Assembly: GCF_022539665.2 (NCBI RefSeq)
Contig: NC_081331.1
Span: forward strand, 7,006,001-7,070,000
DNA from: Daphnia carinata
Taxonomy: Eukaryota
Length of the DNA stretch: 64,000 bases
Direction of reading: 5' to 3'
Shown here: in pieces, positions 1 through 14,619 of the stretch
How positions within the stretch are numbered: the stretch's first letter is position 1
Layout: each line of letters starts with the position of its first letter
Translations under genes and position numbers: made by a program
Notes under the pieces: model-generated
What the model saw: only the letters and a program-made list of their open reading frames with translations
Database searches by the model: none
Told to the model about the DNA's origin: nothing

Positions 1-1209
1 ATACAAAAAAAAAACGTGGATGGGGAGGGGGGGGGGGGGGGGGAGACTGCCAAATATCCTTAAGTCCAGCCGCCCCCTATGGTTCGTCAAGTCGTCCATC
101 ACAGCGTGTGAAAAGTTCCGAGCCGCGCTAAGCATTTCTCTCCTTCGTTACAATACACAAGACCCAGCTCGTCATAGGGCTGCCCGGTGTGGCTATTTTG
201 ACTATTTAAATTTAGAATTCTTATGTATTGGCTGTAGACAGCGAACGAGAAAAATAAAAGCCGCTTCGTTTATTTTCATAAGGATTTTTTTTTTCTTGTC
301 CGTCACGCAGGAACTTGATGTTCATTCCTTTTATCCTTTTCTTTTTCGCCATCGAGATTTCTGTAATCAGTTGGCGATGACCTAGTGCTGATGGAACCAT
401 AGAGGCAACTTCCGCGTTCGTTACATCTAGCCATCAACAGCTACTCATTATATAAAAACGAAAAAACCGTTACTTTGTCAAAATGGTACATCCCCCTCTA
501 CAAGACGTTAGTTGCTTATTGGGACGCACGTATACACAGGGGGTAATTCAAATGATTTGATTATTCAAAAAAAAAAAAAAATACGAAAGGCGATGAAACT
601 GACACGAGCAAAGAGGAATCTCAAGTTATACGACGTGTCCATCTTTCGACATCTCAGCCAACACCTTGTACACACAAACACGGAATAAAACGGCTAGCAA
701 ACTATAAATAATCCTCATACGAAAATCGTTAAAAGAAAGAAGAAAAACATTGCATTCTTCTTTAAATTGTGCGCTATACGGCTGTTCGTTTTCTTTAAGA
801 ATACATATTTTAAATCGCCGCCTTGCCCCCCCGTGGCAAAGCCGTTCTCTTTCTCTTTCGCAACAGTTATTTTTTTTTTCCTTCAACATTGGAAAACGAG
901 GCCTGCGTGTTCCGTATACACATGTGTTGTTAGTCATCGTTGGAAAGTTAAAAATTCTTTTTAATTAATGATTCATTTTTCGCGTTTAAGAGTAACGTAT
1001 ACCACGATCATAGCAGCCGCACTCCAATAATCCAAATAAATGAAAATAAAAGCTCATCGATTATTTTCGATAAACGCTTTCAAAGTGCGGATCACATTCA
1101 GAGTTTCGAAATATGTAAAAAAAAAAAACTAAAACGCCAATCGAAGGACATTTCTATTTCGTTGGGGGAAAGTTGAGTCAAACGCTTGGGAAATCGGTTG
1201 TGTTTCTTG

Positions 1210-1229
1210 CACACACACACACACACACA
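1210..1229. repeat. (CA)n microsatellite
   Basis: Seen directly. Confidence 0.9.
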
Positions 1230-2838
1230 TACAAAAAAGAGAAACAAAAAACGAAAATTACCAAAACCCCCAAGAGAAAAAAAAAACAAAACGGTTCACG
1301 ATTCATTTATCTACACACAGTCGTGATATTACATATTGGTTATTGGCCAGCCAGCAGCTGCGGGGTAGAAATCGCTCGCCGCTGGAAGCCATCACTGCAC
1401 ACACAAGCTAACCCTTTTGGTTTTTTTTCGTTTTGTTTTGTTTTTTCCATATCTTGCCCATTTCCCCCTACGATTTACCTGTATCCCATATGTATGTATG
1501 TATATAAGATGGTCTTTTTTTTTCTACGACCATTTATAATGCATGTTAGAGAAATGCCTAGGATAGAAACCGAAAAGGGGAAAGAAAAGTTGAGGAATTT
1601 TTTTCAGAGTCGGGATGTCTTTCATCTTATCATACAGCCGACTGCATTGGGCTCCCGTCATCAAGACCCCCTTTTGCCTTTTAATATATACACACAAGCA
1701 AATCGAAGGGAGAAGAAGAAAAAAAGAAAGAGATGGAGGTTCTGTTTATCTTCATATCTTTTCTTCCAAAACAGAACGGACTACCTTATGCTGGATAACT
1801 ACATGTAGAGTGGGCCGATGGAGCACCTGCCAAACAAATGTTGATCCACGAGACGTTAACAAGGTGATGGACCCTCTCCATCCCTCTAACATTCACGCAA
1901 AGACGCCACCGTTTTTTTTTTTTTTTTTTTAGCTTTGCTTGTGTTTTTCTTTTTCTTATTGGGTTGTGGAATTTTGTATATTTACAACATGATTTCTTTT
2001 CTCTGTCGCATCCAAAAAAAAAAAAAAAACGGGATGGAACAACTTGTTACGCGGTCAATGTTAAAAACAAAACACGCTGACATAAAAAAGAAAGAATGTT
2101 CTATTCGGAAAGAACGGTGCATAAAATTCTAAGAAAAATGCAGTACATGAAATCCAAAGAGAAAATCAGTTTAATGTAATTTTCTATTTTCAATTTCACC
2201 CCCCTTCAAGTTCAAAGATGTTGCCCCTTCGTACATACGATGAGGTGGATTGAATAATTATGCAGGTAGAGGTACAACAACAACACGGGTGGAAGAAGGT
2301 TAAAGAAAGAGGGGGAAAAAAATATAAATACTTAAAATAATAGTGAAATGACCAGTTGGGTTCCCTCCCTCTAGCGTCCACTCCTTATTAGGCAGCCCTC
2401 TTTTGTAGGTAAATGTTTGGTCGTATATACAACAACACCATCTACAGAAAACGTTGCATGTGGATGATATACATATTTTTCTTTCCTACCTGCTTCGCTG
2501 AGCGCTCGCTCGATTGCACAAAAACACAATGCGATCGGAACGCTTTTTTTTTTTCTCCGATCCCAAAAAAATCCAAAATCGTATTTTTTAAGGTAAACGT
2601 GATAGGTTAAGACGAGTTTTGCGGTTTCTCTCTTTTTCCTATACAGTGTCCTATTTTGGCGGTTACACGCGCAAGCGATTCAATTTGAAAATGTTTCCAT
2701 TTTTTTTTTTATGTTACAAACTCAGCTATCTAACTCTCGAAAAGCAAGAACAGCGCTATCTGATCAGACTGGCGACCTAAATAATTATACCTTTTTCAGC
2801 ACTGAATTAAAATGTTCGCCTTTTTTTTTCTTTCTTAC

Positions 2839-2933
2839 ATTTCCAGACACGTATGGTGCGATGAGCCCACGCATGTAACAAGCCACGAGGGGTTGCGGAG
2901 GAGTTTACGAAAGTTGTTTCCAAACATCTTCAT
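2839..2933 (-). CDS. Candidate first coding exon of an unidentified gene continuing off the left edge
   Basis: ATG at 2933 opens MKMFGNNFRKLLRNPSWLVTCVGSSHHTCLE and ends on a strong GTAAG donor (phase 2). No downstream exon identified and no homology recognised. Confidence 0.4.
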
Positions 2934-5900
2934 CAGTAGTCGAGGATAGGGCCTAATTGTCTCACTTTCTTCCTACTCGAACTCCCCCCTCGCTCTTTTT
3001 TTTTTTATGTGAGGTGGCAATAATCATTCTTCCTTCTTCCTCTTCTACCACCACCTTCCCCCTTTCTCGAATCTGAAATCCGTGGGAACCCCACGCGCAA
3101 AAAATAAAAAGGTGGTAACGTCGGCAACAAGCTGACGAGGAGCCCCACAGAAATGAAAAGGGAAATTCAAATTACGGCATCTTCTAGTCTTATAGTAATG
3201 GGAATAAGAAGACTAGATGAGAGGGGGGGAGAAAAGAAAACGAAGCTCCAAGTCGAACCCTATAGGCTACATACACAGTGGATGATAAAACGAAACTAGA
3301 AGTTGGTATAGTCCTACGTAAACAACAATAGAGACATCACTGACAAGTCCTTGGAAACGAAGGAAGCTAATCGGCTAAACACTGAACGAAGGAGAGGAAC
3401 CAGGTAAGAAAATTAAAACGAGGCTCTTGCTGGATGGCATTATGTGTTTTCCCATGCACGTCACACAGGATCTAAGAGACGAAACCGCAAGTTTTTTTTT
3501 TAGTTTCTTTTACCTTTTTTTTCTTAAGGCTGACATTTAGTTCCTCTTTTTTTTTGGACCGTGATCAAGCGGTCATTATTTTTCATTTTTTATATGTTAT
3601 TTTTTTTATTTAGTTTTTGTTTGTTTATTGTTTTCTTCTTCTTCCAGTACGAAAAAATTGACTGTTTTGTTCGAAATTGTTTTCCTTCCGTGTAAACAAT
3701 GGAGTAATTAAGGCAACAGCAACAACAACCCGGGAGTCAGTTCATCATATTTTTTCTCTATCCCGTTTTCACGGCTTTTGTAGATAACACAAGGAGGGTG
3801 TGTTGGGGGGGGGGGGAAGAAAGTCACGTGACTCGAAGAATGAGCAACAAGCCAGCAAACACATACAACACGGGTTACAGGGCGAAAAGAGATGATGGGC
3901 AGAACGCCGGAGCGTATAGAGCACTCTATCATACAGCCAGCGGAAGTGACGGTCAAACACACAGCCCCTCATTCTTTTTTCTCCCCGTCTCTAACAGTGC
4001 GTAGAGAGAAAAATAGAGAGAGTATGCACAGACAGAGAGACAGACGGGCCTGGTGGCAGCTTGGAAAAACATGCGCGCTTATATACAAGATAATTGACAT
4101 CCGCTTGCCAGAAATTGCTCCGTCACAATAATTAGTGGGCCCCCCCCCTTTACTTCCCCCCGCTAGCGCTAAACATATGTGTAGTCCTACACAACACCGG
4201 TCGCAATCGCATGATCATCCAAGGTAACGAAGAAATCAATCAAATGTGCCGCACAATCATGAATCACGCGTCGATAATGTCGAAGCTCTTCACATCCATT
4301 AAAGATTAGCGGTGACATGAATGTTTCTTTTACCTATAATTTATGACCGGAGGAACCCCGCTTGAAATGTCGTTAAAAAATAAATAAAGTACCCAACAAA
4401 AGAAAACTAAAAACGGCCAATGTCAACGTTTCTTTTCAGAGCTTTAGGTGAGGATTACACAGCATCCATCAATGGTTCTCCGGTGCGCGGAAATTCGGGA
4501 AGAAAGAAAAGTGGAAGCATTCTTTATTTTTTTTTTTCTTTCTGTATAACCAAGTCTGGAATCCCGCGAGTTGTTGGGGCAGAACTTGACGTTGACAAGT
4601 GGCTGTGCAGTTTCCAGCAAGCGGCTTGTTTGGCTGACATGGAAGAATAGAATGAAAGGGCGAAGACGAACGATCGACAGAGCGGGACGGAATGTTCTGC
4701 TACTGCGTGTTTTCAGGTGTTGAGCAGCATGGCTCACTCTATCTCAATTGAAAAGAAATAAATAATCCTTATAAAGAGAGAGAAAAAAAAAAGAACCCCA
4801 AGATGGGTGGATAAGAGCAGACAGATTGAGATAAAGAGATAAAAAGAGAGAGAAAGTGGAAGAAGAAGAACTGGATGTCAGAAAGGCAACATTTTGTCAC
4901 GTTCGAATCGTGAGAGCCGATTCACCTGATGGCCATGGGATAAACACAATCATCCGAACACGTTTTTTACCTTTCACCCCTGTGTAGTTTTCGTTTCTTT
5001 AAAAAAAATCCGTCTAAACTTTTTTTTGCGAATTACTTTTTGTTTTCATCCATCTGGTTATGCAGGAATGAAATGTTGCATTCACTTGGCATCCCCTAAT
5101 TCTTAGCGCCTTTTTTGGTATTCGATTGTTGAGCATTTGATATCAAGAACAAAAAAAAAAAACGCTAAAAGAAATAGCGTGTCACGTAAACCAAATAACA
5201 AATCTAATTCTCAACTAGAGCAGTGCTTTTGCGTGCCAATAAGAACGTTGATGATCGTTAAAAAAAAGAAATTAGTTTGTTCTGAAATGGGTTTTAAAAA
5301 CAAAACTTGGTTCTAGGCGGAGCAACAAAACAGGCGCCAAACTGATTGCGCAGATTGATTGCTGAAGAAAAGGGAAATAACACAAGCCCAAAACAAACAG
5401 TGGTAATCAATCAGTGAACCAGCTTGCTTGGTCGGCTTTTGTCTTGGTCAGTAAAAAAACAAGAAACGGTTCAAGAAAAAACGCATTAACCCGGGCTTCA
5501 CAAGAAAGCAAGAAATCCGCCATTTGAACGGATTGATTGCATCGTTAGCAAGTCGCCTAGTACTTCAAGCCTCATTAGCATATCACCCCGTGAAGAGATG
5601 AATAATACTGAGAAGTAAGGTAGCCCAATGATGAATGATGTTGTGTGTCCTACCTGATGCGAAGAGGAGAACCACAGCTGCGTATCCGGTAATGAAATAA
5701 CTGCGACTCTCCATCTCGTCACAGTTAGATTTGTTGTATTTCTTAAAATGAAATACAACTGATTGCTCACGAAACACACTTTGAAGTAAAGAAAATATAC
5801 GTATATAATCCGCCGGAAGATTTCAGATGGTGAAATTCAGTGCAAGCTCACAACAACAACAGAATGATAATAGATTGCAAAAATCAATAAGTTTTCACTT

Positions 5901-5984
5901 TAGTCAATAATAAAGTCGATTAAGGGAAAAAAAAAAGGACGCATCGAAGAAAAAGCACGTGTCACAAGAGTCCGGTTCGGAACA

Positions 5985-6159
5985 GCGCGCGCGCGCGTGC
6001 GGAAACGAGAGTCGAAAGGAACGAGATCCGTCGCCTGATCCGGTCGAAACACAACTGACTGCGATACCAGTCAACGGGTGTTTCCATCCGTTTTGCCTTT
6101 CCAACCAACAACCCCTAGCGAGTCGCGGCTCTGTAAGGTAGGTAGGTAAACGCAGGGAA

Positions 6160-6193
<34 letters not shown>

Positions 6194-6560
6194 TGTTGTT
6201 TTCGGCCGGCTGGAAAAACACGTTCGCCTTGGCTCCGAGTGTATATATACACGGCGTCAAGCGCAAATCGCCGCGAATGCTAATCATCGGTGCTGTTTTG
6301 CGAGAGAGGGGAACCCTAGCGTGTACTGGGCGTTCTCGTTTTGTTTCGAGTCCAAGTGTTTAAACTTAGGCTGTTATGTTTGTTGAACCCTCTACTGCCA
6401 TCTGGCGGTGTAATGTCAATTTCACACATGAGTTCCAAATGGCGGCGTGTATACAGTGAACTGAACGAATGAGTCAGCTTTTTTTTTTTGTCGATTCCCT
6501 CGGTCCTATTAGAATGCTCTTAGACACTGCGTGTCATCTGAGCCTCTTCAGTCAAAGCCT
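5985..6560. promoter_or_regulatory. Probable (possibly bidirectional) Pol II promoter region
   Basis: Initiator-like TCAGTT on the minus strand (~6053-6058) and TCAGTC on the plus strand (~6547), a (GA)n tract, a (GC)n run and locally CpG-rich sequence. Confidence 0.4.
6163..6191. repeat. (GA)n microsatellite / GAGA element
   Basis: Seen directly. Confidence 0.9.
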
Positions 6561-9500
6561 TAGCAATCAGTGAATGAGTTACCAATCGGCATAAATTTTG
6601 CTGACAGTGCCTGATCAAGCCAAACACAGTGTCGTCAGAAACTCTTGGGTGATCGCTGATGAAAAGAGAGACGAGAAATTCGGGTTACAGTTATGAAAAA
6701 TAAAAAACAGAATTCAGACCCACCAATGTTACGACGTAGATGTTGATATTTCATAGGATGAGAGCGAGCCAAACTTGCTGCTTAGTCAGTCTACCAAGAT
6801 AGGATGATGGCATCTCTCTTCATGGCCATTTTGGGCTGGTTTCGAACCGGCATGGGCTAATTTCATTTCCAAGAAATTATCAACAACTTGCAAAGTTTAC
6901 GACAGTGCCGTAAATATTACAACGGGCCTCGTGACACGGTTAGTCCTGAACTCGCCTTGCGTGAACGCGCGTCAAGCATATATTCTGGTCCAAAGACAGT
7001 TTCATATGAACTTTCATTCTACCTGTCAAAATGGCTGCTCGGGTAAACATAGCAGACGACGATAAAAGTAAAAAAGTATAAATGATTGCAAGTGCCCACA
7101 AGCGGTACTTAAAATGAATCATTTGCTTCCGTCTTCAAGGCAAGACACTTGAAAACCGTTATTCTTCTGCACATTTTTTTTTTCAAACAACGAACTAAGA
7201 ATAAAATAGATTATCAGCAAACCGGTGGAACCAACAAAAACAGCATACGTTTTGAACAGAATCATCGAACCCCGAATCATTGTAATGGATTTTCTTTCTT
7301 AATCATCGCAACTCGGGATTGAAGCAGCCATCTGGCCACTTTCGTCCTTCAAGAAAACCAGCTCGAGCTATTTTCCGATACTACATTTATTCCGTTTGAT
7401 TTAACGTCGGCAATAATGCATTCATTTCATTGGTATAAACGGAGTGAAACCAAGTTTTAAAAAAATGAAAAAGAAAGAATTCGAAGGGAGGGAAAAAAAT
7501 GATGCTATTTGAGGAGAGCGCGATGCGGATGGCTGGCCACCGCTCCATAATTATTCAAATGAGCGACAGATAACCCTTTTCACCGCAGAGCCCCATCATT
7601 TCGTACCCTTTCCGCTAAGTTTTCCTTGACATAGAATACGTAATAGGAAAAAAGGAAATAAATTAATTAAAGCTCTTTATCTCATGCAGCACATCAATAG
7701 AACCACCTATAAATTTCTATCATTTACACACAAAAAAAGGAGGAATACCAAGAGTCATTTTTTTAAACAGACATGTTAATAAAGGGATCGACAAAGACAA
7801 AGAACAGAGTCATTGCACGATATATAATAGAGGTAAACTTATATGATCAAGTCATTAGCGTCAGCCTAACAACTACGTAATAACAGCACTAACTCGCCAA
7901 CCCGACTGTTCCATCCTTTACGTCCTAAACTGAAATGGAAGCATCAAAACGAAAATGAAAACCAACGAATACGAGGAAAATGTCGACAGAGCGTGATATT
8001 GCGCACGAGCAAACACGGGTGCTATACAAGCGACCACGTCTACAACCGCTAGTTCTCTATACATATTCTTTATTGAAAAAATCAATAGGTGGACATTATA
8101 GTTGTTGTGTACACAGTGTGTCCATTGCGCGACAATGTGTGCATCAATTGCCATTGATGACGAAACGTCAATTGCATCCCTGGGTACAAGAGCAAAATTA
8201 ACCAATAACACCTGCCGGTACATTACTGATGGTCATTGGAAACGGTATCGAATTTTCCTGCACTGACGAAAACTCGTGGTTTATGAAAATAATTTGATCG
8301 TTCAGAGCAGCGTTTGAACGAAGCCATTCGTTACGACGATTCATTAACAATGTGTTTGGACAACTGGTTGTGTCACTACATTAAGTGCAAAGGCTTTTAA
8401 GTCCACAAAAACAAAGCGCTTCAAATCTTTATATGAAAATTTTAATTCAAATTGAGGGTTACTTAGCAACCGCCTGATGAAGGGTGGATAATAAAGGAAG
8501 ATCGCTACCTTGTTACGTATCAGATACAAAGAGTTAAAATATGAGTTGCTTTTAACATGTTGGAATTTCAGTTATGAACCATATCACACAACTATGGCGA
8601 TAGCGTATGCATTCATACCGTTAGGAAACGCTCTAAAACTCGTTCACGCAGTTGTCACTATCACCATCAGACGCGTGAAAGACATGGAATGCATATCTCT
8701 GGTAATGTGTAAGCAGAAATTGAGCGTACATCTTTTGAAATGTAAAAGCGGTGATGAATTTGATAGTCTCAGCGTGCTCAATTTTTAGGACGGCATTAAA
8801 ACGGATAAAACATTTTCGATTACCTGAAGTTCTGATGTCAGAGAAAGTTTGGTATACTGGAAGCATTCCGCCCTTGACACGTTTAAACAAACGCACCGGC
8901 TCATTGGAACTCTGTTCTTTGCTTGCCTTCCGGTTGTAAGCAGAAATCTTCTCTTTCATTTATCGATTTGTTAATATTGCAAAGTACAATACAGGTGTAA
9001 AATGCCCCACACGTTTTGATCCAACAAGTTATACATGGCTGTCGCGCAGCTAAATTTTGTCCACGAAATCTCGCTCCATCTGGATAACATTTTAGAAAAC
9101 GATCTTTCAGATTCTACTTTACAAGCTCTAACATATTTTTTTCCCTAATACATTTTCGGAACACTGGCGATAATGTAACTTACAATGGTAATGGGCGAAT
9201 GAGAAAAGCCATTTGAACTAATTTCGATTTTGTTATTGTAAATTTGTTAAAGCAAATATAAATATTCCCGTAAATGGTTTTCAAAGTAAATACTTGGGAA
9301 AGGAAACAGAATTTTTGTTTTTTGCTTTGTTTGCTGAGAAAAAAAAATTCTTACTCACGCACAGTACGTCTCTGCACAACGTGTTTTTAAAACTCGGTAG
9401 CAGAAGAAGAGTAAAGCAAAGCCATCTAGTGCTGAAATGCAGAACGAAAAGAAGACAGCTTCTTGTTTTTGAACAGCTGGTGGTAGATTGAAATTTCCCC

Positions 9501-10104
9501 ACGTGATTACTGCCCTAAAACAATGTCTAAAATAACGGTTTGCAAATTATTGTAATGTGATATGGTGACCAATTGTAAACGTTGAGCTGAAACAACGATT
9601 CAAACAAATAGTTGAAAAAAAAAAAAATTCCACATCATACTAATCGATTAAGCAAGGCGAGAAGATGATCGATCTATACTAAAGTCAAAGGATGGGTGTT
9701 CTTCACACATTGAACGTCCATTTCCATTATCTACCGTGAGGCGATCACAGATTACTCGTCGCGCACGGAGGGAGCCGTAGTCTGCTGTGTGGCGCTTGGT
9801 GGATTTTCAATTGTTACCCGTTGGCCGGCAGCTGCAGTCGAGTTTGTTTTTGGATCTACGCAAATTCATTTCTGGAAAAAATACTGGAAGGAAATTTTGG
9901 CAAAATTGTGAAGGAATCGCAGACTACACGAGCAAAGACAACCCCCCATTTTTTCCACGTTTCTGGTAAGTCCACATTGTTACTCAATTTGCCCCTGAAT
10001 ATGTGAAACCATGAGTGAGGTTATGAAACCACGCGGTTTTTTTTTCTCAAGTGAATCAAAGTTAACCATGCCGTTGTCATAGTAATGGTTTGGAGATAGT
10101 CAGA

Positions 10105-11235
10105 TCAGGAATTATCATTTGGATATTTCTTGTGATTCATTTCCATGGCGTCTTGTAAAGATTCCAATCGGTGCAACAGAAACTCCATTATTCCGTTATG
10201 GCCATCAAAAGGCCTAGAAGCAGTTTCTGCTTCTGCACAAAACGTTTGAATAATTTCATTGCTGATTTTTTAACGTTGAAGATTTTCAATCTTCGAATCC
10301 TCTTTTGATTTTGTCTTTTTTTTTAAATTATGGATTAAACTGTCGAGATTTTTGTCCAGCTACTTCTTGTCGGTAATTTCGTCAGGACTAACTCTCGTTT
10401 GTAACCACATGACCGTTGTCAGAGAGAGCTTCTGTGTGAGAAAATAATCCAAAGTAGCATAAGGAAAGGGAAGAAAACTGAATTCTCGATACGGTACTTG
10501 AAAAGGCGTGGTAAACAGGTGGTTTGTGCGTTTGTTATTGAAATTTTATCATGATTAAGAAAATGTTCACTTAAAATGGCGGCAAAATTGAAAGTTTGTA
10601 AGAATTCCTTTGTTTTCGGCATGACGTTTAGTTTAGGATTATCAGATCAGTCCTCAAGTGCTTCGAATGTAACCTTCTTTTCCTAATGATCGGTTGCTTC
10701 CATCTTCTAGCATTTGTAAAAAAAAAAACCGTTCTTTTTTAAATTCCTCAGGCCTCTAGCAATTTTCTCCATTTATATCGAGCACGAAGAAATAATTAAA
10801 GTAGTTTTTTGCATTCTGGTTAATTTCATCGAACCTAAGGGGAGCACGATAAATCTACTTTACAATGAACGTCATTATAGATTTTTGACTGCCTTCTTTT
10901 TTTTAATCGTCCGGATGTACTAATCACGAAGATGCTTTCTGGGATCGTGAAAACCAAACATTTTTTTGTGTTGCTCGTTTTTTTCCATACAAACTTGCAC
11001 GAAGGCTACAGGGTAGCAGATTATCACCATAGCAACCGTAGCAACATACCTGTTGATTTCTGTACCCGGCTATCACATTCAAGATGGAAAGAAAAATGAT
11101 TGGATTAACCTTCGCCGTCTTGAACCGTTTTTGTTGATTGATAAGCCTAAATTCTGCAAATGTAGAACTATATTTTGCACTTTTGCCATTAAAATCAAAC
11201 ACAGGCCCATTGAAGAAAAAAGCATTAAAGAAATC
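10105..11235 (-). pseudogene. Decayed multi-exon coding-like segment, family unknown
   Basis: The frame 10410->10105 runs 102 codons with only two internal stops (TAG 10360-62, TAA 10270-72): MWLQTRVSPDEITDKK*LDKNLDSLIHNLKK...IMEFLLHRLESLQDAMEMNHKKYPNDNS. Upstream exon-like blocks have splice-like borders (e.g. CAG|GTATG near 11049), and a DRE motif TATCGATA lies at 11369-11376. Confidence 0.4.
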
Positions 11236-14200
11236 TAAAGTGTTGATGTCGCAAGCTGATAGCTAATTGTGTCACGTCGTCTTGTTTACGTAGTCGCAGA
11301 AAAATGCACGACTTTTTCCCGCTTGTTGATTGATCCACGAATGCGGTAACCTTCAGAATTAGAAATGTTATCGATAGCGTGATAAAACTAGTTTATTCAC
11401 GACAAGGTTATCATGCCATTTACTGTGACGAAAAATTCAACTGCATTGGATTTTGTAATAAAGCGACGTGCATTGATCAAACTAATGATTTCAAACACTT
11501 CGACCTTCCGCTATCTTTTACGTAGAAATGGTACTTGTTGACTTATTTTGTGTGTGTCATTATTTCTCTGGCTAACCAACCGTCTTTGGTCCGTTCCAGA
11601 GAAGTTTTGCACGTTTACACAATGCACGCAGACACGATTGGTAGAAAAATGAGGGACAAAAAATAAGCAAACAACTATGGAATTCGAATTTGTTTGAACG
11701 TTTGAACCATTGTGAGACTGTTTTTTTTTTCGAACATCCGTGAGTTTGTGGGGTACAACTTAAACGTGCAACGCCATACAATGTACTTATTCTGGCGTAG
11801 AAAAATCGAATTTTATTTGCCCAAATAGCAAACGAGATAATCGAGTTTAGATGATCTCTCATCCCAGAGCAGTTATGTGTCAAATCCGCTTTATCACGAC
11901 GATAACCGTTTCACACTATCTTACTCTACTAATACTGTTTTCGTTAAACGCATTTGAAAACCATAAATGCTTTCCGTTATCGAAAAGCTCTGACTATACA
12001 GAGTAAAAAAAAAAAAATCCGGTACATACGACATGAAATAGTGCCGTTATCTTGAAACGAATGAGTCTGCAAGGCATTTCGGATTATTTTTTTTTTTATT
12101 GTCCTGAGAAATTTTTTTCCTTGTCATGTGATTGCAAAATGTACTAGATATACCACTAGATATCCGATCTGCTGTTTCGATTTTTTTGCAATTTTCCTTC
12201 GTGGGAGACGGCGTCTGCCGACTGCTGATGTCAGTCATAGACGCAATCCAGCATTTCTTAAAAGACAAACTGCAAGTAGACCGAACTGTCACTGCGATCT
12301 ATTTGCAAGCCCGTTATGCAGGCCTCTTTTTCCCATCAATATAGACAATACTTTGGCACGGTTAGCATTTTGCGATGAGGCGAAGGTGTAGCAAAGGAAA
12401 ATGATTGTCTCGCCCCCTAAATGACGAAGGGATGGGTGGGTTTTTGCCATAGGGCGGAATTCAGCTGGCCGTTTGAGCACTCCACTTTGTTTCGGCCACA
12501 CAATTCCGCACTCGACTATGGTGAATTGCGAACAGTAGTAAAAAGATCCCATTGCTGTATGGACACAAAAGGCAGCTACTCAAATTTTGCGATACGGCCA
12601 TTGGATTTTTTTAAGTGTTCACATTACTGGTAAAATAAAGCAAACGCTGCGAGGTAGTCCAATGAACAAGGTACCATTTTCTTTATATTCTGTTTTCGAC
12701 ATAGCATTTCAGCTAGTTAGCTTTATTACCCGCCGGGTATCATTTGCTGTACAACATTTTTTCCCCCTGTTATCGTTTAATGTTAATTTTCTAGCCACAG
12801 AAAATTGATTTTCCCAGGCCTCTTTGCTCAAGATCATTTTTTTTTTACCGCGCTTCTAGCGATTGGCTTTTGTTTTATTGGGAACTTTGATTGTTTCGGT
12901 CGTGCAGTACTTAACCAGATATTGCTGTGATGTCACCCATCGGCAAATATTTAAATTGTGTTAAAATTTTCGCCCACATGCCTCGCAAAAGGCTTTTTTC
13001 TTTCTGTGTCTCTGCTGTTTTCATCTAAAATTTTTAAAAGAAAACAATTTCATTGCGATCACCAGGTGACTAATTTGACACCTAGAAATTTCAATGGTTT
13101 CTAGCAATTCGTCTACGTTGCGGGCAATACCAGGAAACTTCTCAAAGCCGTTAGAGAATTTCGGACAATCACTCGGATTTTTTTTCTCTCCGCTCCAGTC
13201 ACTGCGAAATGGCTGAGTGGATGCGTTCCATTTGATTTGAAGAAAAGAGAAAAAATCTTGACCAAAATTGTTTATAATAGGAAAAATACCGTTTTCTGCA
13301 TAGAACGGGCTCGTGGTAGGATGGGAGTCGATGACTTCGACCTACTTGACTGGTCAATATTTTTTGTTGCAAGTCGATTGAACCCCGGCGAGAACCCGAT
13401 AAAATATCTGTCGATGCCTAAATCCTAACGGAAGAGCTTTTCATTATCTTTCGTTTCACAGCTGTAAAATTCAATGACGAGGGCGAGCACAAGGGAAATA
13501 CTTGATTTAACTTCCGTGAATTGTCAGCTCGAGCGCATCGTTACGGAGCTGCAGTTGCGGACTGATGATTGGCGTTCGGACGCGCTCTCGTTCACTCATC
13601 GGCATATAGCCATACACATTCGACAAAGTATAAAGCGCGCTCAAAGATGACGTTTAAACTGCCGCTTCAACTATGTCAAATCGTTTATTGGTTTGTCTTT
13701 TTCCAGAGCTCTGCAATAGCTCTAGATTACTATGTGTGTTAAGGCGATTAGTGCTGTTTCAGCACGTCAAAGAACATGGGGTGTTTTCAAGCATTTACTT
13801 ACATGAAATTATCGATTCAACTAATCGAGTGCAAATAATAAATAGGTAATGAGACCGTTTATTTAGTGCCTCTGCAATTGAATCGGTGCTGAGCTTGCTG
13901 TAGAGCTATGAACAGATGATCGAGGTCAATCACGATTCGAAGCGCTATAGGATTCGATGATACAACGATTATTTCTCTTCGGGGTGATCTCCTTTTGTAT
14001 TCGTCCACCCAACGGGAGTCGATTAACGGTTTACTTACGTTCTTTTAAAGGGTTTCTTCGGCGAAGACATTCCTTCGATTCCTCTATAAAATGCTTATGG
14101 AAAGGCGATCAAAACCGTCAGTCAAATTCAAGTAACAGTCGAGGGAAATCCACCGTCTCCGTCGTTTGCGTTTAACACTTCCACTGTGATTGGCGATTTA

Positions 14201-14256
14201 TTGAAACAGTGGGCATTTCTAGTTCATCACTCTTTATCATTTGTTCCTTGTGCGAT

Positions 14257-14619
14257 ATGGAGCAATCCTTGCTCGAGCTGTACAGCCTAGACCTGGAAGT
14301 TCATGAAGTGCCGGACAGTGAGAAGCACTACGATGTGTGGCCTATGGAGACGGACGAGTATGTCGAATGGCTCCTCAGTTTTCAAAGTTTGTTAGACTCA
14401 CTTCAACGGGAAAGCGTAGACACGATCGAACAAGAACTAGAAATCTTTGTGCTACCACTTCAGAATAGCGAGGACAACTTTGCATCTTTGACAGCGATCG
14501 AATCGAATGAAAGTTACCATCACTGGCTTTCTTCTTTGGACAATAACTCTGAGCTCGACCAACAGGTGGCCGATGGCGCATCGCTATTGTACGAATTCTT
14601 TGCAGCGGGAAATGCGGCG
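14257..14619 (+). CDS. Alternative first coding exon A (acidic, 121 codons) of the MISP/AKAP2-like gene
   Basis: ATG 14257 to GTAAG donor at 14620, phase 0, compatible with the acceptor at 22264. Confidence 0.65.

Noticed and set aside
1173..2132. ORFs up to 211 aa rich in F and K
   Set aside because: Produced by poly-A/poly-T runs and microsatellites in intron-like sequence; non-ATG starts and no protein-like motifs.
7918..8959. Overlapping 60-108 aa ORFs on both strands
   Set aside because: No consistent splice structure or recognisable domain; cannot be supported as a gene or transposon.
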